Source: a virus
Lineage: Duplodnaviria; Caudoviricetes
Length of the DNA stretch: 61,453 nucleotides
Direction: 5' to 3' (one strand)
Virus record (IMG/VR): IMGVR_UViG_3300037313_000809
Location: 1-61,453 of that record
Shown: positions 8,754 to 19,160 of the stretch, piece by piece
Numbering within the stretch: the first letter of the stretch is position 1
How the letters are laid out: each line of letters opens with the position of its first letter
The notes under the pieces: model-generated
What the model was told of the DNA's origin: nothing
The model's input: only the letters and a program-made list of their open reading frames with translations
The model's database searches: none
Made by a program: the position numbers and the translations under genes

Positions 8754-9458
8754 CTAACGCGTCTCCATGATGCTGAATCCGTTGATCGATGCTGTGCCCG
8801 CGCCGATCGCGCGCCACCCGACCCAGAACCATGCCGTGCTGACGAACGTGGCCGTTGAGACGTCGGCGGTGTCAGCCTGATTGCGCCACGACTGAAACGA
8901 GGATCCCGGGGCCGGAAGCTCAGGGACGACATCGATTGGCCAGATACCCGTCGTGACGCTCACTTCGTTTCCGAAGGCCAGCGCCTCTCCGTCTCGCAAG
9001 GCACGCGTCGACTCGATCTGCGTGATTGCTACGTACAGGTCGAGCGTCACGCCGCCGCTCTTGCTCACGTCGACCGCGAACCGAACCTTTCGCGGCACCA
9101 GTGCGCCCTCGGCGTTTTCTTCGTCAGCCACAAGTTGGAACGGACCGAGGCGGACGGCGGTCCTGCGGTCCCACGGGATCTCGCCGATGGTCGTCGGTGC
9201 CGAGTCGGCGCGCGGCGGGCCGAGCAGAGAGACACCCTCGGTGAACAGCTTGGACGAGCCCGCGAAGACTGTGATGGATCCTGGTCCGGCGTGAGTCGTG
9301 ATCTGTCTGCACGACTCTCGACACAGCCACGATGCATTGCTGTCGAGGATGATCGCGGTACCGGCATCTAGCGTGATGCCGTTCGCGCCGGGCGCACTGG
9401 TGCCGGGTGCCGGGTGCTTGATGTACCGCGGCAGGATGTATTCGCCGATGTGAGCCAT
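8754..9458 (-). CDS. Tail-associated protein
   Basis: Abuts flanking genes in the tail operon. Confidence 0.55.
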   Translation of the reverse strand: MAHIGEYILPRYIKHPAPGTSAPGANGITLDAGTAIILDSNASWLCRESCRQITTHAGPGSITVFAGSSKLFTEGVSLLGPPRADSAPTTIGEIPWDRRTAVRLGPFQLVADEENAEGALVPRKVRFAVDVSKSGGVTLDLYVAITQIESTRALRDGEALAFGNEVSVTTGIWPIDVVPELPAPGSSFQSWRNQADTADVSTATFVSTAWFWVGWRAIGAGTASINGFSIMETR

Positions 9459-12095
9459 CTACGGTGCCCAGAAGTCGGCCGGGTTCGTGCTCGTGCCGAT
9501 CACGTTCGTCGTGTAGTCACCGACCCACGCGTGGTCGCCCATGTTGTCGGTGATGGCAGTACCGTCGTAGTAGTCGTCGAAGACGATCACCCAAAACTCA
9601 CCGACGCCGATGACCGTTGTCGGCGATGCGTCCAGCTCGATCGTGTTCGCCACATCGTCAATGTCGATGATCTCGAAGCCGGCTTCTTCGACGACCGTGT
9701 CCACGTCCAGCTTCCGAAGCTTCACGCGGTCACCAATCGCGAAGCGCGTCACACCTCCGTCGTTCGCGGTGCTGTCGTACGTCGATAGGTTCGACCCTGC
9801 GAAGTCTGTGATCGCGCTGGTGCCTCCTGCGCCAGCACCGAGGAATGCCGTCGAGATGCTCAGCGTCGCGCCGCCGATGCTTCCGACCTTGCAGCACGGC
9901 GCATAGGACCCGATGTCTGGCCGACCGTACGAGAGTAGGTCGAGCGACATGACGGCGCTGAAGCCGCTCTCTTCAGCCTCGATCTCAAGGCGCTTCCCGA
10001 TAACCTGTCCCGTCTTCGATTGCGGCCCGCGACCACCACTGCCGTCCGGCGTGAGCCAGTCGGTGACAGTCACGTAGTCACCGGTCCAGACGTTGAAAAA
10101 CTCTTCAGCAGAGAGATGGACCGTGCGAACCGATGTCGGTCGCGACCACAGCCCGAGCACGCGGTGGAGTACCTGCGATGCCAGCTCTCGCGGATCGTCC
10201 GACACGCTCACGCCACGCTCGTTCGGCGGGTACGCGAGATCGATCGGACGGCGCTGCCCCCACTGCGAGATGCTCAGTTGGTCGTTAACGATGTTCGTCG
10301 AGTTGCCTGCGCTGACCTGGATGACATTCGCAAGACACGTGTCGTTGCGCTTCCACCAGGACTTGCCGACGAGACCCGTGCTCGTGATCGTCGCCGCGAT
10401 GGGTTCAGACCGGCGCGGCGGCGAGAACGCGAAGGGGGACACTCTGCCGTTCTTGATGCCGAGGCCGATCCCGTTGAACGCGAGCGCATCACAGAAGATC
10501 TGTGAGAGCGTCTGCGATCCATCGAGAATCCACGTGCGCGCAGATGGTGCCGTGCCACTCAGGAACAGTGCGTAGTCGACGCGGCTCCAGTCGTAGTTGC
10601 GCGGGTCGACGTCGGACGAGACCGGGCCGTTGATGGGCGGCGATACAGACGTGTCGCCGATGACGCCATAGCGAAGGCCGTGGAGCCAGTGGGTCGTCGT
10701 GACGCGGGAGGCAAGGTGGAGCGAGAGCGGCGACTCGACGAACACACCCGGCGTCGGATCCTCGATCCCGGTGTCTCGGTTGACGACGCGGGCACGCTCA
10801 GCCGTGATGCTTGGCGGCGCTGCGCTGTGCGCGCTTGGCTCGATGACGGCGAGTGTCTTTTCACCGTACGCACCAGCGAGCACGTAGCGAACGGTCGTTG
10901 TGTACGGCGAGTCCGTCCGAACATCCGGCGTCCACGACGATGGCATGCCGAAGACAGTGGAGACCGGAAATGTGTTTCCTTCGGCGATCGTCTCGCCGAT
11001 ACCGATGAGCGTCGTCGGTGCGTCTTCGACGATCGCTTGTGCAAGGCGCGGGTCGGACGACTCTGACGAGACGCCAGTAACCTCGGTCGTGCCGACCGTG
11101 AGATTGATCGTCAGCTGTCCGCCGACGTTGCCGGTTACGCGGAGCACAACGCCGCGTCCCTCTTGGCGCAACGATGCGCGAGCGTTGACGCCAGCCGACG
11201 TGAAGGTGCCGTTGAGTTGGCGCTCTTGGATCGAAAGAACCTCGGCCAGTGTCGACTGGAACCTGTCCGTGTCGGACTGCGTCATGAACGACCGCAGGCC
11301 CCACGGATCGCCGGGATACCGAACCAGCGTCTGCACGCGCAGCCCGTCGAACCCAGTCACTCGGGTTGAGCTGAGCTGCATCCCAAGGCGGTTTTCCTTT
11401 TCGACATTCCACGCGGCTTCGAGCGGGAGTTCCCACACGGCGCCGTCGACATGGTCATCTCCCTCAGTGAGATTCGGTCCATCGCGGACGACGCCAACGT
11501 AGAAGAGCCGAGCAACGTTGTCAGCGTTGACGTACCAGAGCGTTACGCGCCGCCCCTCGAACCCACCTGGCGGAAAAGTGCTCCACACCGTCGCGGTGAA
11601 TGTCGTGTCGGCGTCGACAACGTGAGACGCCGGGAGGCTCCCATACTTGCCGCGCGTGAGCGTGTCGAAGGATGTGGATGTCTTGGATGCGTACCCGATT
11701 GCTTCGCGGTCGATCCAGACCACACCAGACGCGGCGAACGCGCTCGTGTCGTCGACCGCGATCGTCCCTGTCTCGCTCTCGTCGAGGCCAGACGTCAACC
11801 ACGTGCGATCCACGATCGTCGACTCACGCGTGTCGAGGTATGTGACGAAGGGGTGGCCAGACGCGATGCCGCTCGATGGACTCAGATCGTGCACATGCAG
11901 CGTCATGCCGCCGACCTGGAGGTCTCCGAAGATCGGCGCGCAGCGCTCGTCGAGTGCGATGGACGTGATCTCGAGTGCGCCGGTCAGAAGTGTGAGATCG
12001 CTTGACCAGTCGGCATCGCTCGACGTCGGCATGGACGTCACGCCGCCCGTACCCAGAAGGTACGGAAGGCCATCGACGCGCGCGCAGAATTTCAA
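9459..12095 (-). CDS. Large tail-tip/baseplate hub protein
   Basis: TTG start overlapping the upstream TGA with GGAG RBS; IDREAIGY...LTRGKYGS motif; position after the distal tail gene. Confidence 0.65.
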   Translation of the reverse strand: MKFCARVDGLPYLLGTGGVTSMPTSSDADWSSDLTLLTGALEITSIALDERCAPIFGDLQVGGMTLHVHDLSPSSGIASGHPFVTYLDTRESTIVDRTWLTSGLDESETGTIAVDDTSAFAASGVVWIDREAIGYASKTSTSFDTLTRGKYGSLPASHVVDADTTFTATVWSTFPPGGFEGRRVTLWYVNADNVARLFYVGVVRDGPNLTEGDDHVDGAVWELPLEAAWNVEKENRLGMQLSSTRVTGFDGLRVQTLVRYPGDPWGLRSFMTQSDTDRFQSTLAEVLSIQERQLNGTFTSAGVNARASLRQEGRGVVLRVTGNVGGQLTINLTVGTTEVTGVSSESSDPRLAQAIVEDAPTTLIGIGETIAEGNTFPVSTVFGMPSSWTPDVRTDSPYTTTVRYVLAGAYGEKTLAVIEPSAHSAAPPSITAERARVVNRDTGIEDPTPGVFVESPLSLHLASRVTTTHWLHGLRYGVIGDTSVSPPINGPVSSDVDPRNYDWSRVDYALFLSGTAPSARTWILDGSQTLSQIFCDALAFNGIGLGIKNGRVSPFAFSPPRRSEPIAATITSTGLVGKSWWKRNDTCLANVIQVSAGNSTNIVNDQLSISQWGQRRPIDLAYPPNERGVSVSDDPRELASQVLHRVLGLWSRPTSVRTVHLSAEEFFNVWTGDYVTVTDWLTPDGSGGRGPQSKTGQVIGKRLEIEAEESGFSAVMSLDLLSYGRPDIGSYAPCCKVGSIGGATLSISTAFLGAGAGGTSAITDFAGSNLSTYDSTANDGGVTRFAIGDRVKLRKLDVDTVVEEAGFEIIDIDDVANTIELDASPTTVIGVGEFWVIVFDDYYDGTAITDNMGDHAWVGDYTTNVIGTSTNPADFWAP

Positions 12096-13042
12096 AACGC
12101 AACTCCAGTCTGATGATGCTGAAGCGTGATGCCGGGCCAGTGGTCGAAGACGATGTTGTTCGCGATGGCTGGCGTCTGGACGTTCTTTGCAGCCAGCGTC
12201 TTTGCGTGCACGTAGACCTCGTCGTACGTCGTAACGCTGCCCGCGCGGACTTCTGGGTACGTGCCGAGGAGCGCGCCGCAGAGGTTCGTTCCGTCGGACG
12301 AGTTCAGGGCGACAGCGGCGAAGAAGTCGTTCAGGCCGGTCGGATTCGTCATGCCGGCTGTGCGAGATCGCGTCTTCCAGCGAGAGCCATCGCCCCACAC
12401 AGGCGTTCCGCTGGGGTCCGTTGAGGACAGCCCCGCTGACGTCCTGCTGCTCCACGTGTACGGATGCCACTTCGCGTCGAACGTGCGTGTGACGAGCGCA
12501 GACGTGTCGCTCCATCCGTACGGCGCCGCCCCTCGTGGATGTGCGATCGCTACGAGCGGCCCGTCATCCTGCCAGCCAGTGTCGTTCTCGCGCGAGATGA
12601 AGTACGCACTGAACTGCGGATGGTAGGTTGCGGTCTGAGTGTTCGCGCCACCCGCAGGCAGCGTCACGGAGATGTTGCTCGTGAACCCGAGCACGTTCTC
12701 GACGATCGATCCCGGCCACGTGATAGAGCCGGCGCGGGTGACGCCGGTGTACGTGAACACCACGAAGCCCGCACTGTTCAGCGCGACGCTCCAGATCGCA
12801 GAGCCACCGGCGTTGAGCTTGTTGGTGATGTGAGCCAGCAAGCTCTTCGGGCTCGCCGCCGTGGTGGACGGAGTTCCCGGGCTCGCCGAACTCGCAAGGT
12901 AGACGCGCCAGAACGTGTCCGTGCTGAGCGTCGCAAGCGTGACGCTACGCCCGATCCCTTGGTCATCCGTCACCGTGAGCACGGTTGACGTCAGGAGCTT
13001 GAACGTCGTGTTCAAGATGGAGGTGATCGGGATTGCGGCCAC
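12092..13042 (-). CDS. Distal-tail-like protein
   Basis: First same-strand gene after the tape measure. Confidence 0.55.
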   Translation of the reverse strand: MAAIPITSILNTTFKLLTSTVLTVTDDQGIGRSVTLATLSTDTFWRVYLASSASPGTPSTTAASPKSLLAHITNKLNAGGSAIWSVALNSAGFVVFTYTGVTRAGSITWPGSIVENVLGFTSNISVTLPAGGANTQTATYHPQFSAYFISRENDTGWQDDGPLVAIAHPRGAAPYGWSDTSALVTRTFDAKWHPYTWSSRTSAGLSSTDPSGTPVWGDGSRWKTRSRTAGMTNPTGLNDFFAAVALNSSDGTNLCGALLGTYPEVRAGSVTTYDEVYVHAKTLAAKNVQTPAIANNIVFDHWPGITLQHHQTGVAF

Positions 13043-13062
13043 GTGTGCTACCTTGTGCGGCT

Positions 13063-13443
13063 ATGAAGTGGACAGCGACGATGGTGTTCGTGGCGGCGGT
13101 CGGCGCGATGGCGGGATGCGCCTCGCCGGAGGATCAGGCGTGCGCGCGGCTCCGCCAGATGGAGGTCGGGGAGCCGCGTCGTCTTGGCGAAACGTGCTGG
13201 CTAGGTGCGGACCGCGCGTGTCAGACAGGTCTCGTGTGCGCATACCCAACTACTGCGCGCTACGGAATCTGCACTCGTACTTGCGCGGCCGACTCCGACT
13301 GTCCGTCGGGGTCAGATGCGTGCATCAATGGAGCTTGCTACTCGACCTGTGCATTCAGCCGAGTTGGCGATTCATGCGGCACAAATATGTTCTGCTATGA
13401 AGGCGGCGGCAGGCTCGTATGCGCTCCGCCGAACTGCGACTAG
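13063..13443 (+). CDS. Cys-rich lipoprotein, counter-oriented (possible superinfection exclusion)
   Basis: Signal peptide ending AMAGC; many Cys (CTRTCAADSDCPSG...C). Confidence 0.75.
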   Translation: MKWTATMVFVAAVGAMAGCASPEDQACARLRQMEVGEPRRLGETCWLGADRACQTGLVCAYPTTARYGICTRTCAADSDCPSGSDACINGACYSTCAFSRVGDSCGTNMFCYEGGGRLVCAPPNCD

Positions 13444-15794
13444 GCGGCCCTTCGTCGGTTGCTCACTAGCGTACGGTTCCGCATCCCGTACCCATCGAGC
13501 GCGCGCCCCACGCCGTCCTGCGCATCCCGTCGCGTCATCGCGAGTCCCGTGATGTTGATGATGTTCGTGACCGAGCCGCCAGTACCGTTGTCGTTCGACG
13601 GTCCGGTACCAGCGCTGCGAGAGGTAGCTCCCGCCGTGAACCCGCCGCCAGCGCCAGCACCCGCAGATCGCGGCGTGGTTGCCGCTGCTCCCAATCCCGT
13701 CGCCACCGCCACTCCCGCATACATCGCAGCAGCCGTCGCGAACTGACCGGCCTGCGCGTACTGCTGCGAGGCTAGGGCTGCGACAGCTTTCGCACCGTTG
13801 AACAGCGCTTGGATCGTAGATTCTTCGGCGATGCTGAGGAGCGCTTCGTGGAGCATCCCACCGAATGCAGCTGCCGCGTCTTCTTTGCCTTCGATGAGTG
13901 CTCCGAGGTGGCTCTTAAAAGAGCCCGTCATCGCACCCCACGCCTGACCGACGATGCTTGCCGTGGTCTGCGCGGTGGTCTGGATGTTCTCGGCGGTTGC
14001 GCCGAAGGTCTGGGCGAATTGCTGCGAGTAGTCCGACGCTTGCTGCATCTGGCGCAGCTGGTCGCTGTCGGCCCCGTACTCGCCGCCCGAGATCGCTCCC
14101 TGCCCCTTCGTATAGTAGGTGCCCGCGCGAGTGGTGCCGGCAGCTGCGTCCTTGCTGACGGTGACGTCCGCGTCCTTCAGCGCTTTCTCGTCGCGCAGGA
14201 CCTGGAGCAGTGCTCGGTGGTGGTCCTCGATCGATCGGGTGATTTCGAGTTCTTGCCGTGCGTGTTCGAGCGCGCCTTGTGCGTGCTCCTCGTAGCGGTG
14301 CCAGAAGTGCTCTTCGGTCTCGCCGCGTTGGCGCTGGAGGAGTTCCCACGTTCCGCCCAGACGACCGATCTCGTTGATGGCCTCGGATACGCCTCGCTTC
14401 AGATCGGCAAGGTTCGCGGCTGCTCCGCCGCTAGAACCACCGCCAAGTCCGATCGCTGACAGCTCGTCGTTTGTTGCGCCATTCAGCCGCATCTCGCGAC
14501 GGACCGTGCGATCGCTGGCCCGTTGTGAGCGAAGGTTCGCGAGTAGCTGCTGCGCGCCCATAAGACGTGACGCGTTCTGCTCGGCACCCATGTCAGCGTT
14601 GAACGCGAATCGCTGCGATGCGTTCGAGGCTCGATTGAGTGCTGTCGTGTACTCGACGACGCGAGCGGTGATGGACGCGACGAGGAGGCCAGCGTTCGTG
14701 AGGTTCTGATTGAACTGATCGCGCAGGACGTGGTTGATGTTCGCGATCGCGTTCTTGACCTGATCGCTCGCCTGCTGCTGCGCGAGCAACTGCTGCCGCT
14801 GCTCTTGGATGGAGCGCGTAACGGTCGTGACGTTCTGCGCCCACTCGCGCATCGCTTCGCGGTTCGGGTTCAGCCCGTCGGCGGTGTACGTGTAGAGCGC
14901 GTCGGTGGTGTCGCCGAGCCACTGCGTGAACGATCTCTGACGCTCCGTCTCCGTCGGTGGGACGATGGGCGTGTCGCGCTGTGCGGAGGCGAGCTGATCA
15001 ATTGCCGCCTGCATCCGACGAGCGGCCGGGACGCTCGCGTCTAAGTGCACGTTGAACTGTGCAAGCGCGACATTGTCGCCCTGCTCGACAGCCTGCGTGA
15101 ACCGTTGCATCGCGGCGCTCGCTTCGCCGCCGTGGATCGCGGCAAACTCGCGCATCGCTCGGTTAAGCGTCGCTGTCTGTTCGGTGCGCAGGAACGTGTT
15201 GTGAGCTAGAAGTTGCTCGCGAACCGCGAACTGCTCGGCGGCATTCATCGCGCCCTGCGTGAGCGCGTTCGTGACTTGGTACGATTCGCCGAGGGCGCGG
15301 ATCATCCGCTGGTGCTGGTCGACGCGTGCGGTGGCCTCGCCGACTTCGCGCACGAAGTTCAGGACCTCGCTAGCAGCGCCGGCAACCATGCGCCCCATGA
15401 TCCCGACAGACCCGGCCGCGGCACGGACACGCGTGCCCATGTCGTTGGCCTTGTCGCCAGCGATCTTGAAGCCGTCGCTGATCGACTTGATCTTCTCAGC
15501 AGCCTCCCCGCCACCGATGCCCTTCGTGAAAAGTTCGCTCGATTTCTCGCGTGCGTTCTCGGCGTCGTCACGGAGCTTCTGAAGAGCCTTCGCGGCATCG
15601 CTGGCCGCTTTCGCGGCATCGTCAGCTGCCTTCTTCGCGGCCTTCGCGCCCTCCGCGACGGCTTGCTCCATCTCTTCGCCGAGCGTCTCCCACAGGGCAG
15701 ACGACTCCATTGCGGCGAGGTCGAGCTTCTTGAGGTTCTCGCGCGCCTTTGAGGTATCAACCGATACCTCTCCGTCGATGAGTTTCTCTGCCAT
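13440..15794 (-). CDS. Tape measure protein
   Basis: 784 aa Ala/Gln-rich helical protein after the tail chaperones. Confidence 0.85.
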   Translation of the reverse strand: MAEKLIDGEVSVDTSKARENLKKLDLAAMESSALWETLGEEMEQAVAEGAKAAKKAADDAAKAASDAAKALQKLRDDAENAREKSSELFTKGIGGGEAAEKIKSISDGFKIAGDKANDMGTRVRAAAGSVGIMGRMVAGAASEVLNFVREVGEATARVDQHQRMIRALGESYQVTNALTQGAMNAAEQFAVREQLLAHNTFLRTEQTATLNRAMREFAAIHGGEASAAMQRFTQAVEQGDNVALAQFNVHLDASVPAARRMQAAIDQLASAQRDTPIVPPTETERQRSFTQWLGDTTDALYTYTADGLNPNREAMREWAQNVTTVTRSIQEQRQQLLAQQQASDQVKNAIANINHVLRDQFNQNLTNAGLLVASITARVVEYTTALNRASNASQRFAFNADMGAEQNASRLMGAQQLLANLRSQRASDRTVRREMRLNGATNDELSAIGLGGGSSGGAAANLADLKRGVSEAINEIGRLGGTWELLQRQRGETEEHFWHRYEEHAQGALEHARQELEITRSIEDHHRALLQVLRDEKALKDADVTVSKDAAAGTTRAGTYYTKGQGAISGGEYGADSDQLRQMQQASDYSQQFAQTFGATAENIQTTAQTTASIVGQAWGAMTGSFKSHLGALIEGKEDAAAAFGGMLHEALLSIAEESTIQALFNGAKAVAALASQQYAQAGQFATAAAMYAGVAVATGLGAAATTPRSAGAGAGGGFTAGATSRSAGTGPSNDNGTGGSVTNIINITGLAMTRRDAQDGVGRALDGYGMRNRTLVSNRRRAA

Positions 15795-15800
15795 CGTGAA

Positions 15801-16349
15801 TTACCCGAGCGAGCCGACACGACGGCCGATCGCGTTGTGTTTCGCTTCGAGCGCGTCGTGCTCGGCTTTCGCCTCGCGCTCGTCCGCCTCGTGCTGCATC
15901 CGCGCGCCGTAGCCGACGTCGATCGCTTCCATGCAGTCGACCTGGATTGAGTCGAGATTTGGATTGGTGAGCGCGAGAATGTTCTGATCACGACGCGCTC
16001 TCAGCAGCGCGGCCTCGTGAACCCAATCGAGCCGTGTGTAGTAGAGCGGGCACGTGCAGAGGCTGCGTGCGCCCGTGAGTCGCTCGACGCGATCAATCGT
16101 CGTGCGGCAGTTCGGCGGAAGATGCTCGGTCGACTCACGGAGCGCGCTCCCGCGGTTCGGGCATCGCCACATCTCGGCAAAGCCGTTGCCGTGCGCCTCG
16201 CCTTCGCAGTCGCCCTTCTTTCGCGCCTTGTCGGCCATGGCGCAGCCGCACGGGGCGTCTCGGAACGCCTCTTTTAGCGCCCGACTCCCGTTCCAGCCCA
16301 CAACGTAAAAGGGCCAGCGGCGCCCGCCTTGAGCCGTGCGCGCTGCCAT
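15801..16349 (-). CDS. Tail assembly chaperone, second (-1 frameshift) frame
   Basis: Overlaps the upstream chaperone across the CCCTTTT slippery site. Confidence 0.65.
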   Translation of the reverse strand: MAARTAQGGRRWPFYVVGWNGSRALKEAFRDAPCGCAMADKARKKGDCEGEAHGNGFAEMWRCPNRGSALRESTEHLPPNCRTTIDRVERLTGARSLCTCPLYYTRLDWVHEAALLRARRDQNILALTNPNLDSIQVDCMEAIDVGYGARMQHEADEREAKAEHDALEAKHNAIGRRVGSLG

Positions 16350-16753
16350 GCGAGGTGACCCATCTCGTAGACGGCTTCGAGTCCGAACTCGTTAGCGACG
16401 CGATCCATCCACTCATCCGACGCAACGTGCGATCCGTACGCGCCGGGCGTGAGTTCGCCCGGTTCAGGCTTCAGGATGCGGTCGTTGCCGCAATCGATCT
16501 CGTGGCAAGCCACGAGGAACGATGCGTGCGCTCGTGCCGTGTGCGTCTGAATGGTGTCGAGATGCTCAGCGCACAGCACTTTCTTGATGGGTTTGAGCAC
16601 GAACCACGGCGCGACCATTCCGGTTCGAACCTTCACGAGCGACTCATCGCGCGTTTCGATGTACTTCGCGAAGTCCATCTCCGGATCGAGCGCGTCGCTC
16701 CGGCAGTGAGGGTGGACAAGTACGGCCCGAAGCGAGCCCGTCGGCTTCTGCAT
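16274..16753 (-). CDS. Tail assembly chaperone
   Basis: Between tail tube and tape measure genes. Confidence 0.7.
   Translation of the reverse strand: MQKPTGSLRAVLVHPHCRSDALDPEMDFAKYIETRDESLVKVRTGMVAPWFVLKPIKKVLCAEHLDTIQTHTARAHASFLVACHEIDCGNDRILKPEPGELTPGAYGSHVASDEWMDRVANEFGLEAVYEMGHLAWQRARLKAGAAGPFTLWAGTGVGR
16307..16313 (-). promoter_or_regulatory. -1 ribosomal frameshift heptamer C CCT TTT
   Basis: Correctly phased X XXY YYZ; 0-frame GPFTLW, -1 frame PFYVVGW. Confidence 0.7.
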
Positions 16754-16832
16754 GATCAATCTTTCCCGGCGCGTTCAATTCGTCGCGCCGCACGACGTTT
16801 GGCGGCGTTCAATCGCGCCGCGCGATGATGGC

Positions 16833-18125
16833 TCAGAGGAAGATCAGGCGAGCGGGTCCGAACCCGAGGTCAGTGCTCGCGCTCGTAACGTTCGCGTCCT
16901 CGAGTGACTCGTAGGTGCGAACCATGCGCTCGACGCCGTCCTCGCCGATCATCTGCGGCTCGGCACTTTGGTACGCGTTCGGCAGTTCCCACCCGACGTA
17001 GCGCGCGGTGAGTCCGGTTCCGATCTGTGCGAGTTGAACCAGACAGACACTCGTTTGCGCATCGAACTCGGTCCATGCGGCTGGGTCGAAGCGGTGTTTC
17101 ACCGTCGCGGTTGCGAACGGACGCACTGGCACACGGAGCACGCCGGTGACGGTCTCGACGCCGTTGGTGCCGGGCGTATTCGCGCCGTGATTCTTCACCT
17201 GCATCATGCCGCCAGCGAACTCGACGCCAGCCTCTACGAGCGGGTAGTTCACGCTGGTCGTCGTCGTGAATGGCTGAAGCAACGTAATGACGCTGACGAG
17301 CGGCACCTGCGCCGCGCTCATCGTCTCGCCCGCATACGCAGTGCTGAAGCCGAGTGCACCGCGCTCGTAGGTCGCCGCCTTGAGACTCGCGCTGAACTTC
17401 ATCAGCTCACCGCGCTTCCAATCGACCTTCAGGTCTCCTGTGACGCCACGCGCCTGCCACTGCGCATCAGAGAGCCCGCTAATCCCAACGCTCTTCGCGT
17501 GCGCGATCTCGAGCGAGTAGCTGTGCGTTTGTGACGGCGCGATCGTCACGCCGTTGCCTACGAGGTAGCCTGCGGTCGGCGTGCTCGTGAAGTTCGGCCA
17601 GACGCTCAACGTGTCGGTGACGATGTTCGTGATGCGTACCGGCTGCGTCTGCGCCGCGCCGATCTGCACCGCGATCCACTGGCCCTTTTTGAATCGCGTC
17701 GCACCGTGGCCGGCCGTCACCGTCACAGAACTCGACGTCGCGGACACAACCGTGCTGCCCTGCGCGATCCAGAAGTTCTCGCCGATGGAGTTGCCCCACA
17801 GCCCGAGGATCAGGCTCATGAGGTACTGACCCGTGGTGTCTGCGACAGCACTCGGGCCGAGCAACTGCGTGAGCGCGGCCTTTGCGGCGAACTCCAGTTC
17901 CAGCGTCGCGTCGGTGCTCTTGAGGCCCTGGATATTCTTGATGTGCGCGAACCCGCGAGTACGCTCGTCGCGGACGGCAAGCTGATCGCGCTTGAACCCT
18001 GGCTTGACTGACCCGCCGAGCGGGACCGCGCGCTCAAGGCTTACGCCAGCGCCAGCACCAAACGCAGATTCGATGCCGAGGTACGTCGAGCCCTGCTCGC
18101 TGATAATGTCGACTTGTCCAGACAT
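16833..18125 (-). CDS. Major tail (tube) protein
   Basis: YLGIESAFG N-terminal motif; position before the chaperones. Confidence 0.7.
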   Translation of the reverse strand: MSGQVDIISEQGSTYLGIESAFGAGAGVSLERAVPLGGSVKPGFKRDQLAVRDERTRGFAHIKNIQGLKSTDATLELEFAAKAALTQLLGPSAVADTTGQYLMSLILGLWGNSIGENFWIAQGSTVVSATSSSVTVTAGHGATRFKKGQWIAVQIGAAQTQPVRITNIVTDTLSVWPNFTSTPTAGYLVGNGVTIAPSQTHSYSLEIAHAKSVGISGLSDAQWQARGVTGDLKVDWKRGELMKFSASLKAATYERGALGFSTAYAGETMSAAQVPLVSVITLLQPFTTTTSVNYPLVEAGVEFAGGMMQVKNHGANTPGTNGVETVTGVLRVPVRPFATATVKHRFDPAAWTEFDAQTSVCLVQLAQIGTGLTARYVGWELPNAYQSAEPQMIGEDGVERMVRTYESLEDANVTSASTDLGFGPARLIFL

Positions 18126-18419
18126 GATGGGTCCGTAAGCGGGCGGAGCCTCGCTGGGGAATGGGGCTGCTGTACTGACGGGGAAGCCGCGCGTCTCAGT
18201 TCGGCGCGGTGTCGTTGGCTGCTGCGGCGTGCACGATGCGATCGTTCGCGGCGAAGTCGTCGGACTCGGCGCGGAGATGCACGTGAACGCGCACAAGAGT
18301 GCTCTGGAGGACACGTCGCGGCGTCGGCGCTAGCGCCTGCGCGAGCGACGCGATGGCGCTCCATGCGTGATGCGCAGCAACGAGGAGCGCGCGACGGCGC
18401 TCGTGGGGGATGCGTGATG

Positions 18420-18698
18420 TCACGCGGCCTCCGGTGCGGGCGGAGCGACGTCGTTGGCAGATGTAGCTGCCGGTGGGTTCGGCATCGCAACGCCACGCAC
18501 CGCGATCTCGCAGACGGCACCGTGGCCAGTGCTGACAAGCTGAGGAGCGCCGAGGACGGCGGACGGGTTCACGCTGGCAAGCCACGTGCGGACGGCTCGC
18601 TCGGCAGCAGGCCCCGACTCGGCGAAAGGTCCGTCGATTTCGGCGCGTGCGTGGATCACATCTGCGCTCTCACCGCGGTAGAACTTTAGTCGCATCAC
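18420..18698 (-). CDS. Hypothetical protein
   Basis: Coupled ORF in the structural operon. Confidence 0.5.
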   Translation of the reverse strand: MMRLKFYRGESADVIHARAEIDGPFAESGPAAERAVRTWLASVNPSAVLGAPQLVSTGHGAVCEIAVRGVAMPNPPAATSANDVAPPAPEAA

Positions 18699-19153
18699 GA
18701 ACTCACTTTCCGCAGCACGAAACGAGCGCGCTGCAAGTTGCGGTAGAGGACGCCGCGAGCAATGCCAATACGCGGGTCCAACCCCGCACGACGCTTGTGG
18801 TCGACGTATCGAGGCGATAGCGGGCGAAGCGTCACGTCGCCGCCTTGTGTATCGAACCGGCGCATGATCACGCCTTTGACCGTGGCGCCGAGTACACGGG
18901 AAGCGGCATCGAAGTTCAGCGCGTTACCGCGCTTGCTCAGCACCGTTCCAAGGTTCCGCTTCCACTCAGCGAGGATCGCGGCCCGCATCACTGGCGTGAC
19001 CTCGAAGAACGGACGTCCCGTCGCCGTCAACAGATCGAGCTTCATCCGAGACGGCTCGGTGATGCCTTCCGCGAACACGACGTATCGACCGCCGATGTAG
19101 CGAAGGAACTGTTCGAGCTTGCGAATGGGCTCGAGGTTGACGCGGACAGGCAT
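18695..19153 (-). CDS. Neck/tail completion protein (virion morphogenesis-like)
   Basis: RPFF, PLSPRYVDHKRR...GVLYRNL motifs. Confidence 0.6.
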   Translation of the reverse strand: MPVRVNLEPIRKLEQFLRYIGGRYVVFAEGITEPSRMKLDLLTATGRPFFEVTPVMRAAILAEWKRNLGTVLSKRGNALNFDAASRVLGATVKGVIMRRFDTQGGDVTLRPLSPRYVDHKRRAGLDPRIGIARGVLYRNLQRARFVLRKVSS

Positions 19154-19160
19154 GGTCGTC

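Noticed and set aside
5421-12095. Diversity-generating retroelement acting on tail genes
   Set aside because: No reverse transcriptase or TR/VR pair was found by eye.
12096-12515. N-terminal 140 aa of the 1018-aa ORF
   Set aside because: Overlaps the upstream gene; the likely start is TTG 12095 with an RBS.
16768-16822. Short imperfect direct repeat GCGTTCAAT...TCGCGCCGC after the tail tube gene
   Set aside because: Only two short GC-rich copies; function cannot be supported.
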